A stretch of DNA of 64,000 nt from Paragordius varius (lineage: Eukaryota; Animalia; Nematomorpha): assembly GCA_964247055.1 (NCBI GenBank), contig OZ176054.1:4650001-4714000 (forward strand). Direction: 5' to 3'. Positions 1 to 15,100 of the stretch are shown here, one piece after another. A model generated the notes under the pieces. The model was not told the origin of the DNA. It worked only from the letters and a program-made list of their open reading frames with translations, and made no database searches. The position numbers and the translations under genes are program-made. The number at the start of each line of letters is the position of its first letter. Within the stretch, counting starts at the first letter, position 1.

Positions 1-3000
1 TGTCTCGAACATTGTTTAACGCTTCGCGATATTCATTCTCATTAGGTGCATAGGTCCGATTATTTTCCAAAAGAGCGTCGTGCATAATAGGTGTGTTCGA
101 AGAATATTTATTACCAAATGAGTTCTGGTTTTGATTAACTAGGGCGGATATGGCAGCAGCCATTTGATATTGATCATTTAATATGTATGGAGGCACGTAC
201 AAATTATTATTATCTGGTAAAATATGATTCAAGGCTGCATAATTGCTACCAATTTTGCTTGATTCATCATTGTTATGAAAATGATGTTCAGTGGCTGTTC
301 CATTGAAATTGTTGGTCTTCTTTAACATTTCTTTTAGAATGTTTACATTGTTTGAGGACTGCAAACTAATTTTATTAAACAAGTCGGTATTTTGGAAAAA
401 ATCTGCATTTTTTGCAGAAGGTTCGTTGGTAAAAAAAGAGGAAGGTACATGATTGTTCTGAAAGGACCCATTGTACATTGGTGATATTGAAGGAAACCCA
501 ATGGTTGACTGTGCCCTATTTCGTATATATATTAATAGCAAAATGCAGTTTAAATATATATATAAACTTAACAAATAAATTAATTTTTAATGCTTTATAA
601 ATGAATTTAGCTACCTAGGTAAATAGACTATTTAATTCCTATAACAAAAATGTCATAATGAACCATACCTATTTGAGCTGGTAAAATTTGGTAGAGGCGG
701 AATCGCATCCAATGATGGATAGTTTTGTGTAGATGCGTTATGCGATGAGCCCAAAAATTTCATTATATTTGAGGCATAAATTGAATCGAAATTTGGGGTT
801 GTGTATTGCACACTAACTTGATCGTAATTGACTTTTGTGCCGTTCTCATCCCCAGCCTTTTTGGTCATGAATTTGGTAGCATACAAGTTGTAGTCATGGT
901 GCTCGTCCGATTCTGTATTTAGACAAAAAAATATAAAGATTTTTTTTATTAAAACTATATATATTATATAATATTATGCATTGTTTCAGATATAAAATAT
1001 TAAAACAATCTAATTCGACATTTATTTTAACAATGACGAAGTAATCCAATATAACATGTTTTAAAATACCTTTGCGCGATCCATCATCAACAACCATTTC
1101 GGGTAATGTGACGAGATTATCGGTATTCGAGTCAACTTTAGGACACTTATTGGCCAAGTTTCGTTTGTATCCGGGTGCCTTATTTAACAAGCAATCAAAA
1201 TTGTCAGTTACGTTGGATTGTTTGAATTTTTCTTTGACGAAAGAGCCTGCGTTTGATTGAGACAATGGTGGGGCAATATTAATGGATGGGATGTAGGAAA
1301 CGGTTGTAGTTTGAATGGGAGAATGTAAAAGAAGATCTTTGTCAAACAAATTGATCGAGATGTCATGTTTATCCTGCTTTCGAGCAGTTGTAGGGAACAT
1401 GGTATTCACAAACGTATTAAAGGGGGAATACTCTGCTGCAGTAGGCAGTGTGCTTGTAGACGTAAAGGATTCGCCCTGATAATGAAATTCTTCGGATCCC
1501 AACAACTCCGTATTTACGGATGTTGAAACAACAAAGGATAAAGGGTGGTCCGATGAAATAATATTATTATTTTCTACAGTGTTTACTACCAATTGACTAG
1601 CTCCAACATCATGATTTATTTGAGGATAAGAAAATTCAAAAGGTTCCACTTCCGTACCACTTGGTTTGTTTGATGATTCATCTCCGCCTACGAATGAAAC
1701 ATAGTTGTTGGATTGGGATTCATTTACAATCGTGTCTTTCACCAACTTATTACTATTGTTGCCATTATTAGTATTGTGACGAGTTTTAAAAAGGGATGTT
1801 GTACCGAACGGAGCAGTAGCCAACATATTGGATTTATGAAATATGGCTGGGAGTTTGGATGAAGGTTTCAAACTTTCATAACTTTGAATAATTTGGATGG
1901 CATCGCGTTCCGGTTCATCTATCAGGGCCATGATGAGTTGATAGGAAAACTTTATGGCATCAGGAGACCCCTTGATAGTTATGTTTCGGTCAGCGGCTCC
2001 CTTTTGCTTATCAATTTCAATGTGTGCGCCAGACATATCCCGAATGGCATTAATGTTTTGACCGCCACGACCTATCACACGGGCAACTACGTTAGATGCT
2101 ACAACGATATTTTTGCACTTTTTAACATCCTTGTTCCATGTTTCATTTGTGTGGGGCGTCATTGAATCATACGAAAATTCTGATTGGTTATCGTCGCTTA
2201 CAGGATAGCTTGAGGATAGGCCTATACGGCTATCATCAAAACTCATACCAGCAGAATAAATTTTGTTGTTACCACTGGAATAATCGGCACTCTTATTGGT
2301 TTTTTCCGTCATGCGTTGTTTGGGATTGGACACGCTATAGTTTACTCTTAAATCATCATTGTACATTTGACGCTTGTTATTTATGACACTACTATAATCT
2401 TTCAGCGTCCCATTTTCCATTGGTAGTTTGTATTTGCTTTTCACACTAGTAGTTTCAAACGTATTTTCCGACCTGTTGTTTAATAAAGGTTGTGATGCGA
2501 TGGAGGAAGTGAAAAATGTATTGTTTGTGGATGATAATGTTAGGATGTAATTTAAATCGGTTTTGCGATGGGAGTGGGTAACGATATGGCGATTATTAGC
2601 AGTTAAGGATTTGGACACTGCATTAGCAAAATGTTTGGGATTAGATGTATTGGATTTAATTGGTGTTTTATTGAGTGAACCCTTTTTAAGGTGTTGATCG
2701 AATTTGGAGATGACTTGTTGCATTAATTGATTGTTCTTATTGGATTCTTTCAGCGAAACAAGTTGTTTATGGTTAGCTGAAAGGCATCGATTTTCCTTAT
2801 ATTTTGCTCGGCGAGCATTACGAGAAAACGCTTTATACCATTCCCGCTCCTCATCAACCTTAAAATCTTCGGCGGCATAGGCAACATCCTGGACACTGGC
2901 AAGCAATTCTTTTCTATCATCAACTGCGGTTTTATCCTCATATGCATTTGCTTGAGAAGAATAATTCGTTTTGGAATTAACAGGTGTAGGTTGTGAGATT

Positions 3001-6000
3001 TTATTAGTGTCAGTTGATTCGGAACTTATTAATTTATTTTTCTTTTCTTTTCGGGATGATGGCCCATGAGATGACGTCGAGGTAACAGTTGTAGTGGTTA
3101 GGATTGGGCTAAAGTTAACAGAAAAAACAATATAATGTGATCAAGAGGTGATTGATAAAATTATTCTATAAAAATCATTCTTAACCAAAGTTTTATATGA
3201 TACAGGGAACATTTTCAATAAATACATGATTTCAAGGAAACAATTAAAAGTTACTAATTGTTTTTCATATCATATCATTTGATCTTACTTGTTAAATGAC
3301 ACAACAGTAGTAATGGTAGATATTGTTGTTGTAATGGATAACTCAAGCTGCGTTGAAATGCTAATAACAGGCGGTGTTACTTCTTTGGTTGCAGTTTCAC
3401 CAATACCAACAACGCTTTGAATCTTTTTAGCCCGTTTCTTTTCTCGCCTTCGGGCCGCAGCGGCCTTTTTATTCTCCTCCCGCGTTTTCTCCTTATCCAG
3501 TTCTTCCAAAAGATCGCAAGCGTTTTTGTTGGCTTCCACAGCTTGACGATTCTTGGCATTTATGATAATGTCCATGCATTGTTGACACTTTTTAACCAGA
3601 TCCTAAACGTAAAAAAGTCAAAAAATATGACAAATATATAATTTGCAAAAGGGTTCAAGGGTTTAATTGGTTATAAATGCATTTATAACACCGTGACTGT
3701 GAATATTTGAAACAATAAAAAGTAAAAATATGGGACATTTCTTAGATAATAAATAATACAAAATAAATGAAAGTGATTAATTATAATTTCATGTAAAAAT
3801 AATTGTCTTTCAGCTATCACTCATTTAATTAATTAATTTCGTTATGTTTTATTTAAACTATAATTTAATATAATATATATATATATATTCAATATCAATA
3901 AATATAAACAATTTTTAGAATTCAAAACCTCAACCCTGGTTTAAGTCATTGAACAATTCAATTAACTATTTAAATTCAACTATAAAAATAAAAATACTTT
4001 ATCAGTTAAAGTTGCAATATAACGTTCACAATCTGTATCAGACGGAAACTGATTAACATGTTTTACCAACCATCTCACAACTTTGATGTGTCCCTTCCGA
4101 AATGCAGCCATTAAACAGGAAACTTTCCGATTATCCTGACAATCTACATCGGCGCCTTTGGCTACTAAAAATTGAACGACATCAAGATGGCCCCCTAAAT
4201 ATAATTCACAAAAATATATATATGAAAATGATAGATAAAACAAAAAATATTATATTTAAACAGAAAATCATAAATCATGTTTGCATATTAAAAAAAATTT
4301 CATGTGTACCCTTGATAAAAGCCTTATTTTTATGATAACTGCTGTATTACAATTTAATTAGTTAAAGATATGCATATGATACATTTATAAAATTATAAAT
4401 AATACCGTTTGATGCTAGCCACAAGGGTGAATTTCCTTTTTTGTTTTTGACATCGATTAAGGCACCGCTATATTTATATAATGATTTAAGACGTATTGAT
4501 TAAATAAATTTTGGAAAATTAGCTTCTATACCTATCATTTTTTAACATACTTTGAAAAATTACCTTAAATATTTTATGCAATTAAGCGCGACATATTTGC
4601 ATATATAGATATTTAGCCTTTATTGACCAAACCAAATATAAATGAGTTAAAATATTCAACTCTAAAATAAAGATTATTAGTTATAAAAACAAAAAATTGT
4701 TTAATTTATATAAAAATGTTTAGAAATAATATTTTAGCAAACAATTATGTTGATGGATATCCATACTTGCAAATCAAAAGTTCAACAAAACGTATGTGTC
4801 CCTTGTCAGTAGCTATGGTTAAGGCTGTGTCTCTCGAGGACGGAACCGGGGGAGCATTTACATCAGCGCCTTTTTCTATTAGGACGCACCCTACTTCTAC
4901 AAATCCGCCCGAAGCTGCTTCCATGAGTGGCGTTAAACCCGTCTAAAAAATGATTTCACATTAAAAAATATTAATTAATAATGGTAAAATTCCGGGTTAA
5001 AAGTATTAAATCATTGAAATATACTGTAAAGCAAAAATAAATTAACGATGTTTTAAAAAAATCTCCTAATTAAAATAACCGGCTTGACAGCAATATATGC
5101 ACTCATCATTGTAACAAATGATATGATGTTGGAAAACTAAATTAACAGTTTTAATAGTTTATTAAAAACAATAAATGCAAATGTGATTGAATCTTGAGTT
5201 ATATTACACAATTTTCTTCTATATTACTTATTTATAGACTTATAAATATCATGGTATTAAACAAAAGTTTTTAACTGTTGAGAAACCATAGACATCACTC
5301 TAAATAATAAATAAAACCTTAGCTCTATGTTCAATGTTAGCTTTGAAGTCCAGGAACAAAGATACGATTTCATGTTTGCCTTGAAAACAAGCCAAGGTTA
5401 ATGCAGTATTTTTGTTTGTTTCAATTTGTGCATTTATGTCGGAACCCATATCGAGTAATAACTTCACAGCAGGTAAATGCCCATTCATAGCGGCCAGCAT
5501 AAGAGGTGATATACCCAGTTTGCTTCCAGTCCTAAACATCGGCATATAATTATTGATGCGATATTATTCATGTGAACGAACTCATTTTTTCGTGATGTTT
5601 ATGAAAATTAATTTTTTTATCAATAATAGTGTATTACTTGGGAATATTTGTATTGAGTAAATAAACAATACCTTGAATTAATTTCAGCCCCGTGGTTTAA
5701 GAGTAATTTGATAATATTGCAATGACCACCAGAAGCTGCTAAACTCAATGGTGTGTAATCGGAAACATTTCTGTGTTCGATGTAAGCTCCATTATTAATT
5801 AATACTTCCACCACCTAGAATATTTTATATATTTTGAAAATCTGTTTAAAATAGGTATGTTTAAAAGATATTTTAGCAGAGCAAACTTTAAAAAATATTT
5901 AATAAAAAATAAGTTTGATATGGATACTTCGTAACGACCACTTGAACATGCTAATGAGAGGGCCGTATCTTTCGTTCGATCGGATTGTGCTTCAATATTT

Positions 6001-9000
6001 ACTCCATGGTTTAAAAGTAGTTGAACTATGGCAGCTTGACCACTTGTTGCAGCAATGATCAAAGGTGTAAATCCTATATAATAATTATTGAAACCATTTA
6101 GCCAAAAATCACGTAAAATATTGAAAGATAATTGAAAATAATATAAAAAAAGCACATTAAAATAACAAAACAAAAAATAAAAGATTAATATTTTTACAGT
6201 AAATCATATTTTTCAACTTTGATTTTTTAGATAACCTATGGTTTGAATTAATAAAAGAGTGTAAAGATGTTAAACAATGGTCATCATATATAAAATATGG
6301 TGTCTCTTTAAAAAGTAAAGTTTTTCATTACGTATCACTATATAACATCTACAGGAAAAAGAAAAATTATTGGCGTAGAATTTTTTCGCTTTTTTGCTAG
6401 CTGATGATAATTCTCTTTGACACATATATTATATGGCAATATTTTACGATAAACCAATGCATTACATATCCTTGGTATTAGTCTTTGACTTTCTATGTTT
6501 TAGTTTTATCATTTCAATTTAACCGTAAATAACTAAAATATATATATCTACTAACCTTTTTTATCGCGGTGTTCAATGGAACTACCCCTCTTAATCAACA
6601 ATTCCACCAGTTCGACCGGACCACCTGAACAGGCTAGCGTTAAGGCTGTATCATGATTGCTATCGGTCTGCGTATCAATCTCTATGGCTGGATAATACTT
6701 TTTGATGGAATTGGAATTCGAATATGAAGATGCACTCTTTTGACTTTCACTTCGAGAACTGGGTTCAGTGCTTAGAATGCTGCTAGATGACGACGTAGAA
6801 TGATGATGCATACATGGTAACGTTAATTCCGTTGTTGTCGTTGCATCTAATTTGCAGGGTTGAGATTTCACATAATTATTAATATCTTGGGAAATGATAT
6901 GGGCGGATGATGGATCAACAAACTCTTTGGTATTGTTAGTAATAAAAGGGTAACAACCACCGGCCGCCGCCGCAGCCGTTAAAAATTGATGATTGGTTTG
7001 AGGGAAAAATGGTTTGGGTGGTAGCAAAGACATGTTGTTAGACATGTTACCGGTAAAAGGTTTTGTCGCATTAGAATTCAAACACAAAATGGAATTGGTG
7101 GCATTCATGGATATCAGATTTTGGTTAATGTTGTAATTGTATTCAAGTAGGTATGGTGGTATATTACGTACATCTAAGGCCGCTGAAAACGAACTACTCG
7201 ATAAACAGGAGGGAAACGGGAAATTCATCATTGTACCAAGCGCCGTACTTTGTTGGTAAATGTTATTTTGTTGATTACTGCTACTGCATAAGATGGTTGT
7301 GATGGCAGAATGATCATTCATTTCTTTCATATGTTGATCAGTCTTGCTTATCTGTTGTTGGGCAACAGACAATTTATTGTTGGGCGAAAAAAAGTTATTA
7401 TTGTCAAATTGGTTAAAGACTTTAAAGGGTGGTGGTGTAAAATAAATTGGGTGACCACTCATCATACATTTTGTCGTATTGTGTAAAATGTTGTTGTTGT
7501 TGTTGTTAGTTGCCCCACAAAGTTTTTTGGATGATTGCCCCTGCTGATTGTTTTTATTGAGGCCAAACATGCCGTACACACAGTTCTCAGTGGGTGCAAA
7601 TACATTCGATTGTGATGATTGATATAAAGTGTATGATGGATATGTTAATAATACATCATTTTTATTATTGACATTTGTTGTACTTTGTAAGACATTGGGT
7701 AGGGTAGTTGTTATTCCTAAAGAAAGCATGGGCGGCATAGCATAAGATATTGTGGTGGTATTATTGTTTTCAATACTGTTACTATTTGTTTCACTCTCCT
7801 CAGTCTCAGTAGTGTTGGTGGATAAAGTCTTACTGTATTCCGTGGTTGTATTGATGGTTGTTATTACACTCGTGTTGTTAACTACAGACACTACGTCATA
7901 TACTATATTGTTTGGCGTGGTCGTTGTTTGTTCTTTTTTGGGCAAATCCTCCCGCGATGATGACGACAACAATGGAGGTAAATGACCATGATCTACGTAA
8001 TAGGAAGCAAAATCATTGTGATGATCTGTCAGTAGTGTGTTGCATGAATAATTTGGATCTTGATGTTGATAATTATCGGGTAGGATTGCAGCAATCCTTT
8101 GTTGTTGGTACAGAGCCAAGTTCAACTCCTCCCTTTGTCTTAACGTTAATTGATCAAACGTGGCAGCAAATTCGTTTATTTCGTTAACATCTAAGGAAAA
8201 ATAAATTTTAGGGTAACATTAAATATATAGTTAGCAATCATTATGATAGTAATTATGCTTAACGTGAAGTTAGTTGAAGGGAAAAAATTCCAGGCATTTC
8301 GTTAAGTATTTTCTAAGAACAAATTTTGCAAAAAACTTCAAATGAATGTCAGCAAATGTATTTAAAAATGGGCCATATTCGTCGACCCTAATATAAATTT
8401 TATATCTATTATCATTTACCATTTAAAAATTAAATTTAGTTTTGAACAAGACAAATTCGCCCTCGAACAATTCGAACACGGTTGAACGATATAAATTCAA
8501 CCTAAAAATAGTTTTTCGATTATAAACTCATCATTAAAGTAAATTATATTATTATGGCATAATTTATTATTTTTTCAATATTATTTTAATTTCAAACAAA
8601 GTTTTATTTATTAAAAATATATATAATTTTTAATCTTTAAACACAATTTATTTTAGGGTGAATTTGAATTGTTCAAGGGTAAATTTGATGTCTAAATGAT
8701 ATACATTAATTCAAAAATTCATTGTATGCCTATTAATTAATATTTTTGTGTAAAAGGTCAAAATATTAAAATTAAACTAAAAAAGTCGCTAAGATAAATT
8801 GTTTAACTCAAAAACATATATTTTGTATATAAGGACGATTACATATTTTTTTAACACTTGGATACAACACATTCATTTTAATCCTTCGATGCAAATTGGG
8901 GTAGTTAAATACCCCAGGCCTGTTTAAAATTAAATTTTCAAAAAATACAAAAGGAATTGAAACCATGGCAAAATTTTGCACTTATATAACATTAATAAAC

Positions 9001-12000
9001 CGAAATATATAAAAAAATTTATTCAAAAATATTTAATATTACTTATTTTAAGCTAAAACCAAAAGGTAAAAAATTTAATCAACGTGACATGTGTGCAATG
9101 GTAAAATTGAAAAATAAAACTAAATAAACCGCTTTTTCTATTTCTGTTAATGTTAAATGTAATTTAAATAAAAAATTAGCTTTAATTTTACACTTAAGAT
9201 TAAATGAAGACGATATTTTGCAAAAAATTTGTAAAATCAAAATGGCGTCGGAGTAGTTTGTTTTTTCCTAAACGAAATTTTATTTAGTTATTATAGCTTA
9301 TTTATATAATTTTTATTGGGATAGAAGCATAAATTTAAATTAGGACCGTTTCCTTCAATTTTTAAATTTTATATTTAATTTGATCTGGGGTATTTAGATA
9401 CCCCAAATTGAATCGAAGTGTTAAAACAAGTTTTTTTACACTTCTAGTTATTTAAAAAAAAATAAATAAATAAAAAATTAGTAATATATATATATATATA
9501 TTAAAGATCAAATACCAAAAGCTGTGTCAAATCTTATGGGGCCAAATGATATAGCATTTTTATCAACGGAGGAACCAAGCGTTTCAGTTGTGTTTGATGG
9601 ATTCGTTTCGCATAATTCATTTAAATTATTATCCGCATTTGATTTTTCCATTGCTGTTACGTCCTAAATACAAACAAAAAAAATGTTATTTATATATACG
9701 TTTTTATATCACTTTAAATTGTGAAAAAAAGGATAATAAATAGTTTAAATTTAATATATAAACTTGTGAGATTGATGATGGAATTAGATTGGGATATTGA
9801 TTGTAATATTCTGAGAGCCTAATACAATATTTATAAATTAATTTAATTAAATAATTAATATATATATATTCCGTTAATATTTATTTGTGTAGTCTAAAAA
9901 ATATAGAGCCTATAAATATTATTATTGTCAAATTTTGTTAGTTAGTCTTACAATTGTTGGTGCTTTTCGAATTGCAATTGTTGGATAGCGTTAAACGGTA
10001 TTTGTTGATTTTGTAACCCAAAATCCATAAAATTTTGTGATGGATCTGAATTAGTTTTTAAAATTAAAAATTATATATACCAATTTTCAAATATTAAGCG
10101 CTGCGTTAATATATTAAGAATAAAAAAACGAAAATACCCTTTGATTTGGAAACCATATTGTGATCTATATTTTTGGCAGTAAAAATTTGTCTTTCATCCT
10201 GATCTTCCGCTTTTTTATCAAATGTTAATGAGTTAGATGCCAGCCTATTAATGGACCCCATTATGCGTAACATAGAATGATCTAACCTGTAAATATTATA
10301 TTAAAGATATATAAAAATAAAAACTGTGCTTTTAGTAAGGAATCAAAGGTAAATATAATTGAATACCCAGATGCGTGATGCAAGGTTGAAGGAAGAAAAG
10401 ATGCAGCATTCTTCTCATTATGCATTTGATGGTAATGGATTTGCGCGGCCATAATACATCGCTCAATCATTTTAATCGCAATGTTAATGCTAGCTGTCCA
10501 TTTATCCGTCGTACGGATTTCATGATGAAATATTTGTGATGAATGGTCATCAATGTTACCCAAAAAGTTGTTTAAGTTAAAATTATTTTTTAAGAGCTCC
10601 TTAAGGTACCGTATTTTATCGCCAATCCTATAGGAATAATTTTTGGTTGCTGATAAGATTCGTAAACTGGAAGGTGTTGAGAGGATTTGAGTGGTTGATT
10701 GTGTTAAGGCATTAGTTTGACTATTAACATTATCTCCAAAGGGGATGGATGGATTAACATTGTTTGCTAATTGACAATTATGATATAGGTACAAATACTG
10801 GAAAATAAATTAGTCAATATATTAATTTCATTGTTACAATTTAATAATTCATTTGAAAAATATTTATTGCATGGTTATAACCGTAAATGTAAACCCCATT
10901 CATAGGCTGTCAGACAGGTTATTGTAAGATGGTAATTAAATTTAACAAAACGTAAACAATAAACAACCATATTTCTACATTGATCGTTGGATCGCAAAAC
11001 GGAAAGACATGTAAACTAATAACACCACTCAATTATATGTATATTTAAATTGTACTATTCGGGTTATGTAAAAAATGAATGATCAATAAAATATTGTTTT
11101 CTGTATAAAAAACTGTTGATTCTTTAAGTTTGTCAATAAAAAAAATCAAAAGCAAAAACTACCTTTGTGCGTTGTAAGGGCTGCCGAATTCAGGCAAGTT
11201 GGACAGGAAAATTGGTCATTGGTGGTAGTTGTGTTGTCTGAGGAGGTGCACGATTTATGTTCCAAAAAATTGTATTGGGCCAATAACTCTTTTTGTTGGT
11301 TCTGTAATTGAGCCAACTGTTGTGTGGCATAATGCTTTTTCTCTTTGAGAAATAACAATTGTTGTTGTTGCATCTGTTGATGTGATTGAATTTGTCTTAA
11401 ATTGTGGAGGTGTTGTAAATGCTGGGCTTGTTGCTATATTTTATTAAATGAATATAAAAATGTAATTAATGAAGAATGTATTAATAAAAATTATTTAACA
11501 AAAAAACTGGATATTCTATAACGATGGTGTATTATATCAGAACTTAACAATAAAAGGTGCAAGAAAGAAGAGTCTCAATATGAAAAACTAATTAGAGTAG
11601 GTTTTTCCCTCTAAAAAGGAAAAATGTTGTTTTAATGAACGCCTGCTAATCCGGCTATATTAAAATGCGGATTTTTGGGAGATACCTATAATTGATCTTT
11701 TATTTTTTAAAATATCCGTTAATTTATATCAAATATTTTTCAATAAAAGCATTAAAATGTATAGGAAAAAATGCTCGATTATATGTGAAAAAGCTCATTA
11801 AGAAATATACATAACATATATATAGTAGCATAGAATATATATACAATTTTTAATGCTTGTCGTTCATTGATCAACGAGTGATTAATGGCCATCGGGTTTG
11901 AGGCATTCAGTTCGGTAAAAGTTTCTGAATTGATTTGCTTCAAAAATTTTGGGAAATCAAGAAGCAATTGGACAATATCGGTATGGCCGTTTTTGGATGC

Positions 12001-12161
12001 TTCAATCAGGGCGGTAGAATTATCCTATAAGGGTAAATAAAAATATGTATTTAATAAATACGAACGAAGTTTTGGAAAATTTTATTAAACTACTAAATTA
12101 AATATATTATATTTGTGAAAATATTTATATTTGCAAATTTACATTTATTTATTAAAAGGTA

Positions 12162-12192
<31 letters not shown>

Positions 12193-15100
12193 AACGCTAA
12201 AAAACGTATAACGATTGTAAATTTAACGTAACAATAAACAATTTATTTTCAAATGAAACAAAATTACATCAATATATTTAATCAAACAATATTGCAAAAA
12301 AGGGTAAAAAAAGGTAACAAAACCTTTAATTTTATGGTTGGATCAGCGCCGTATTCAAGCAGCAACTCCACAATGACAATATGACCAGCGTAAGCGGCTA
12401 AACTCAAAGCAGTTTGTTCTTTGTTAACGGTCGTTTTATTAGGGTCAGCACCATTTTCAACTAACAATTTAACACAGGCTGCGTGACCGTTGCGTGAAGC
12501 TTTCATTAGGGGCGTTTTTCCACCTTCACTTTCATGATCCTAATAGGGAGGGTATTTTATATAAACCGTTTTTAAACCATAAAAATATCACCAAAACAAT
12601 GCATATTAGTTCTTTTCTTTTATAAATCATGGCAGATTTTATGTTTAATTCAGAAATGGAGCAATAACATGGTTACATATTTATAATTATCCACAATTTA
12701 CCAAAATAATTGTGGTTATACCTAGATTTAAGAAAATGTCCCGAAAAAAACTATTTGAGCAAAAGGTAATCAAACCAAATCAGAGTCATTTTACAGGGAA
12801 AAAATCTTAAAAAGAAATCAAAAACCTTTTTTACGCAAAATTGTGTGAAACCGTAGAAAAAATTGCATAAACTTAAATGAAAAACGGTTTCGGTTATCTA
12901 TTTTTTAAATATATTATGTATGCATAAATCTAATTAAAACGATTACGTCAAAAAATAGGATAATATATGTGTGTGCAAAATATAATTACAATTTCAGCTC
13001 CGTAATGCAATAGGAGAGCTACTATATCGGTGTGCCCATTTTCAGCAGCAAAACTTAGGGCAGTGTTTCCAGGTCCCGTTTGTGCAGATATTTTGGCGTC
13101 TAAAACAAAAAATAACATGTAAAATATACAGTAAAAATTGAGATAAAAAGCACATAAAAATAAAAGACATATATTTTCCTTTTATGCACAGTGAATTCCA
13201 TTTTGTTTTTCCCCCGATAGGATTTAAGAATGAAAAAATGTTTAAAGATTTTGCCTTTTACTTTTATTGCACAGCTTTATTTCATAACTAAACAATAAAT
13301 GTATAAAAAGATTGAGGGATTGAAAATCATTATTAAAAATATTTGCCTTTAACTTATAATATTATTTTGTCATATACTTGCTAGCAACAAATAATGCACA
13401 AGGTCAAGATGACCCTCTTGAGAAGCTTCCATTAAAGGCGTATTGCAACCAAGTTCAATATCAGCCCCAGATTTTATCAATAAATCGGCAACTTGAAGGA
13501 AACCACCATAACAAGCTAAGGTTAAGGCAGTCTCTTGTGTTTCATCCGTTTGGGCATTTATATTTGCGCCTAAAATTTGCATAAATTAATATTTTAGAGT
13601 AGAATTACATAGGTCGGACCAGTTAAAAGTAAGCCAATCAGAAAATTGAACTATATTTTCACTTGATTCAAAAAAAGTAAAAAAACTTTTACAAAATTCA
13701 AATGTAATGTAAAATGTGGTTACTTTTATCAAATTTTTAAACATTATATAATCATATCATTACTGATTTTTTTAATAAACATACTATAAAAATAAATAAA
13801 GTTAATCTAGAGATTTGCGTAAGATAATTTTGCATTTCCAGTATAAACTTTACCAAACAGATTTTGATTAGCATTCAAATGATGTGAAATGTCCTACCTC
13901 GACAAATTAGGAGAGAAACCATATCTTTATGGCCTTCACGAGCTGCCTCCATGAGAGGTGTGTAGCCCTCATCATTAATTTCCTCCAGATTGGCCCCTCT
14001 ATCTATAAGCAAATTGGCTAGTTCAACGTGTCCTCCACACGCGGCCAAAGTCAAGGGGGATTCGAAACTATCGGGAGGCATATTAACCTATGTAAAATGA
14101 TATATATAATATATTTATACGCAGTATATTTAACTTCTTATTTTACTCTCAAAATTCTTAGTATGTTTTTTACTTTTCAAATAAAAGTTTATGATGGATA
14201 GGTGCAAAGAAGAAATATTCCATGCACACGTATGGGTTTATAATATAAATATGTAAAAAATATATAATTTTAGAGGTGGATTCTTTGAAGTCCATATTTT
14301 ATTAGTGTAGATTGAAAGAATCGGCATGTACAAATATGTTTTATGTAATATCAATGCCATGATAAAGGGAACAAAGCGTATTTTATGTGCAGATATACAT
14401 GCGCGCCTATAATGATTTTAATTTTAATATAATTAATTTGTACATTATTTAGTTTGATAAAATTAATGTGTAAAAAAATACTTGAGCTCCATGGTTTAGT
14501 AATAATTTGGCAACTTCCAAATGACCATCCATTGAAGCTTCCATCAAAGCTGTGTGCATTTCCTCCGTTTTGTGTTCATGATCCGCGCCAGACTCTAAAA
14601 GATATCTAACCATTTCCAAATTCCCTGTTTAATAGATTATAAAAAACATTAAGATATGAAAAGTTAGCTTAAAGTATTAAGATAAAAGGTAAATTGATAT
14701 TTTCATTAAAATTTAAATATGAAAATTATTTAACGAAATAATAACACCAATACAATATATTAAGATTATAGTTAGAGTGTTGATTGTTCGTTGTAGGAAT
14801 TATGAAATCTAAAAACTACAAAGTTAGAGTCGAGTAGGATAAAGAAAATTTACTTATACAAAGCATGACCATTTATTTCAAAACTTAAGCCATAAACTAA
14901 TCATACCAACTTCAATGTAGTAAATGTGTATTTTATTAAAGAATACCAAGCGAAAATTTCAAATCAACCTATTTAAACTAATAGATTGCATTTCTGCGAA
15001 CATTAAAAGAAAACGGACTCTATCCTTGAAAATTCATCAAAAACAACACTGGTTCAAGAAAAAAAACGCAAGCAATGTTTTTTAATGGATACATAAAATA

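Noticed and set aside
894-1065. C-terminus of the 670-aa ORF (…ILKHVILDYF…GRAP*) as the end of MASK
   Set aside because: It reads through an AT-rich intron. Splicing continues in frame into 886-669 and then exon 515-1.
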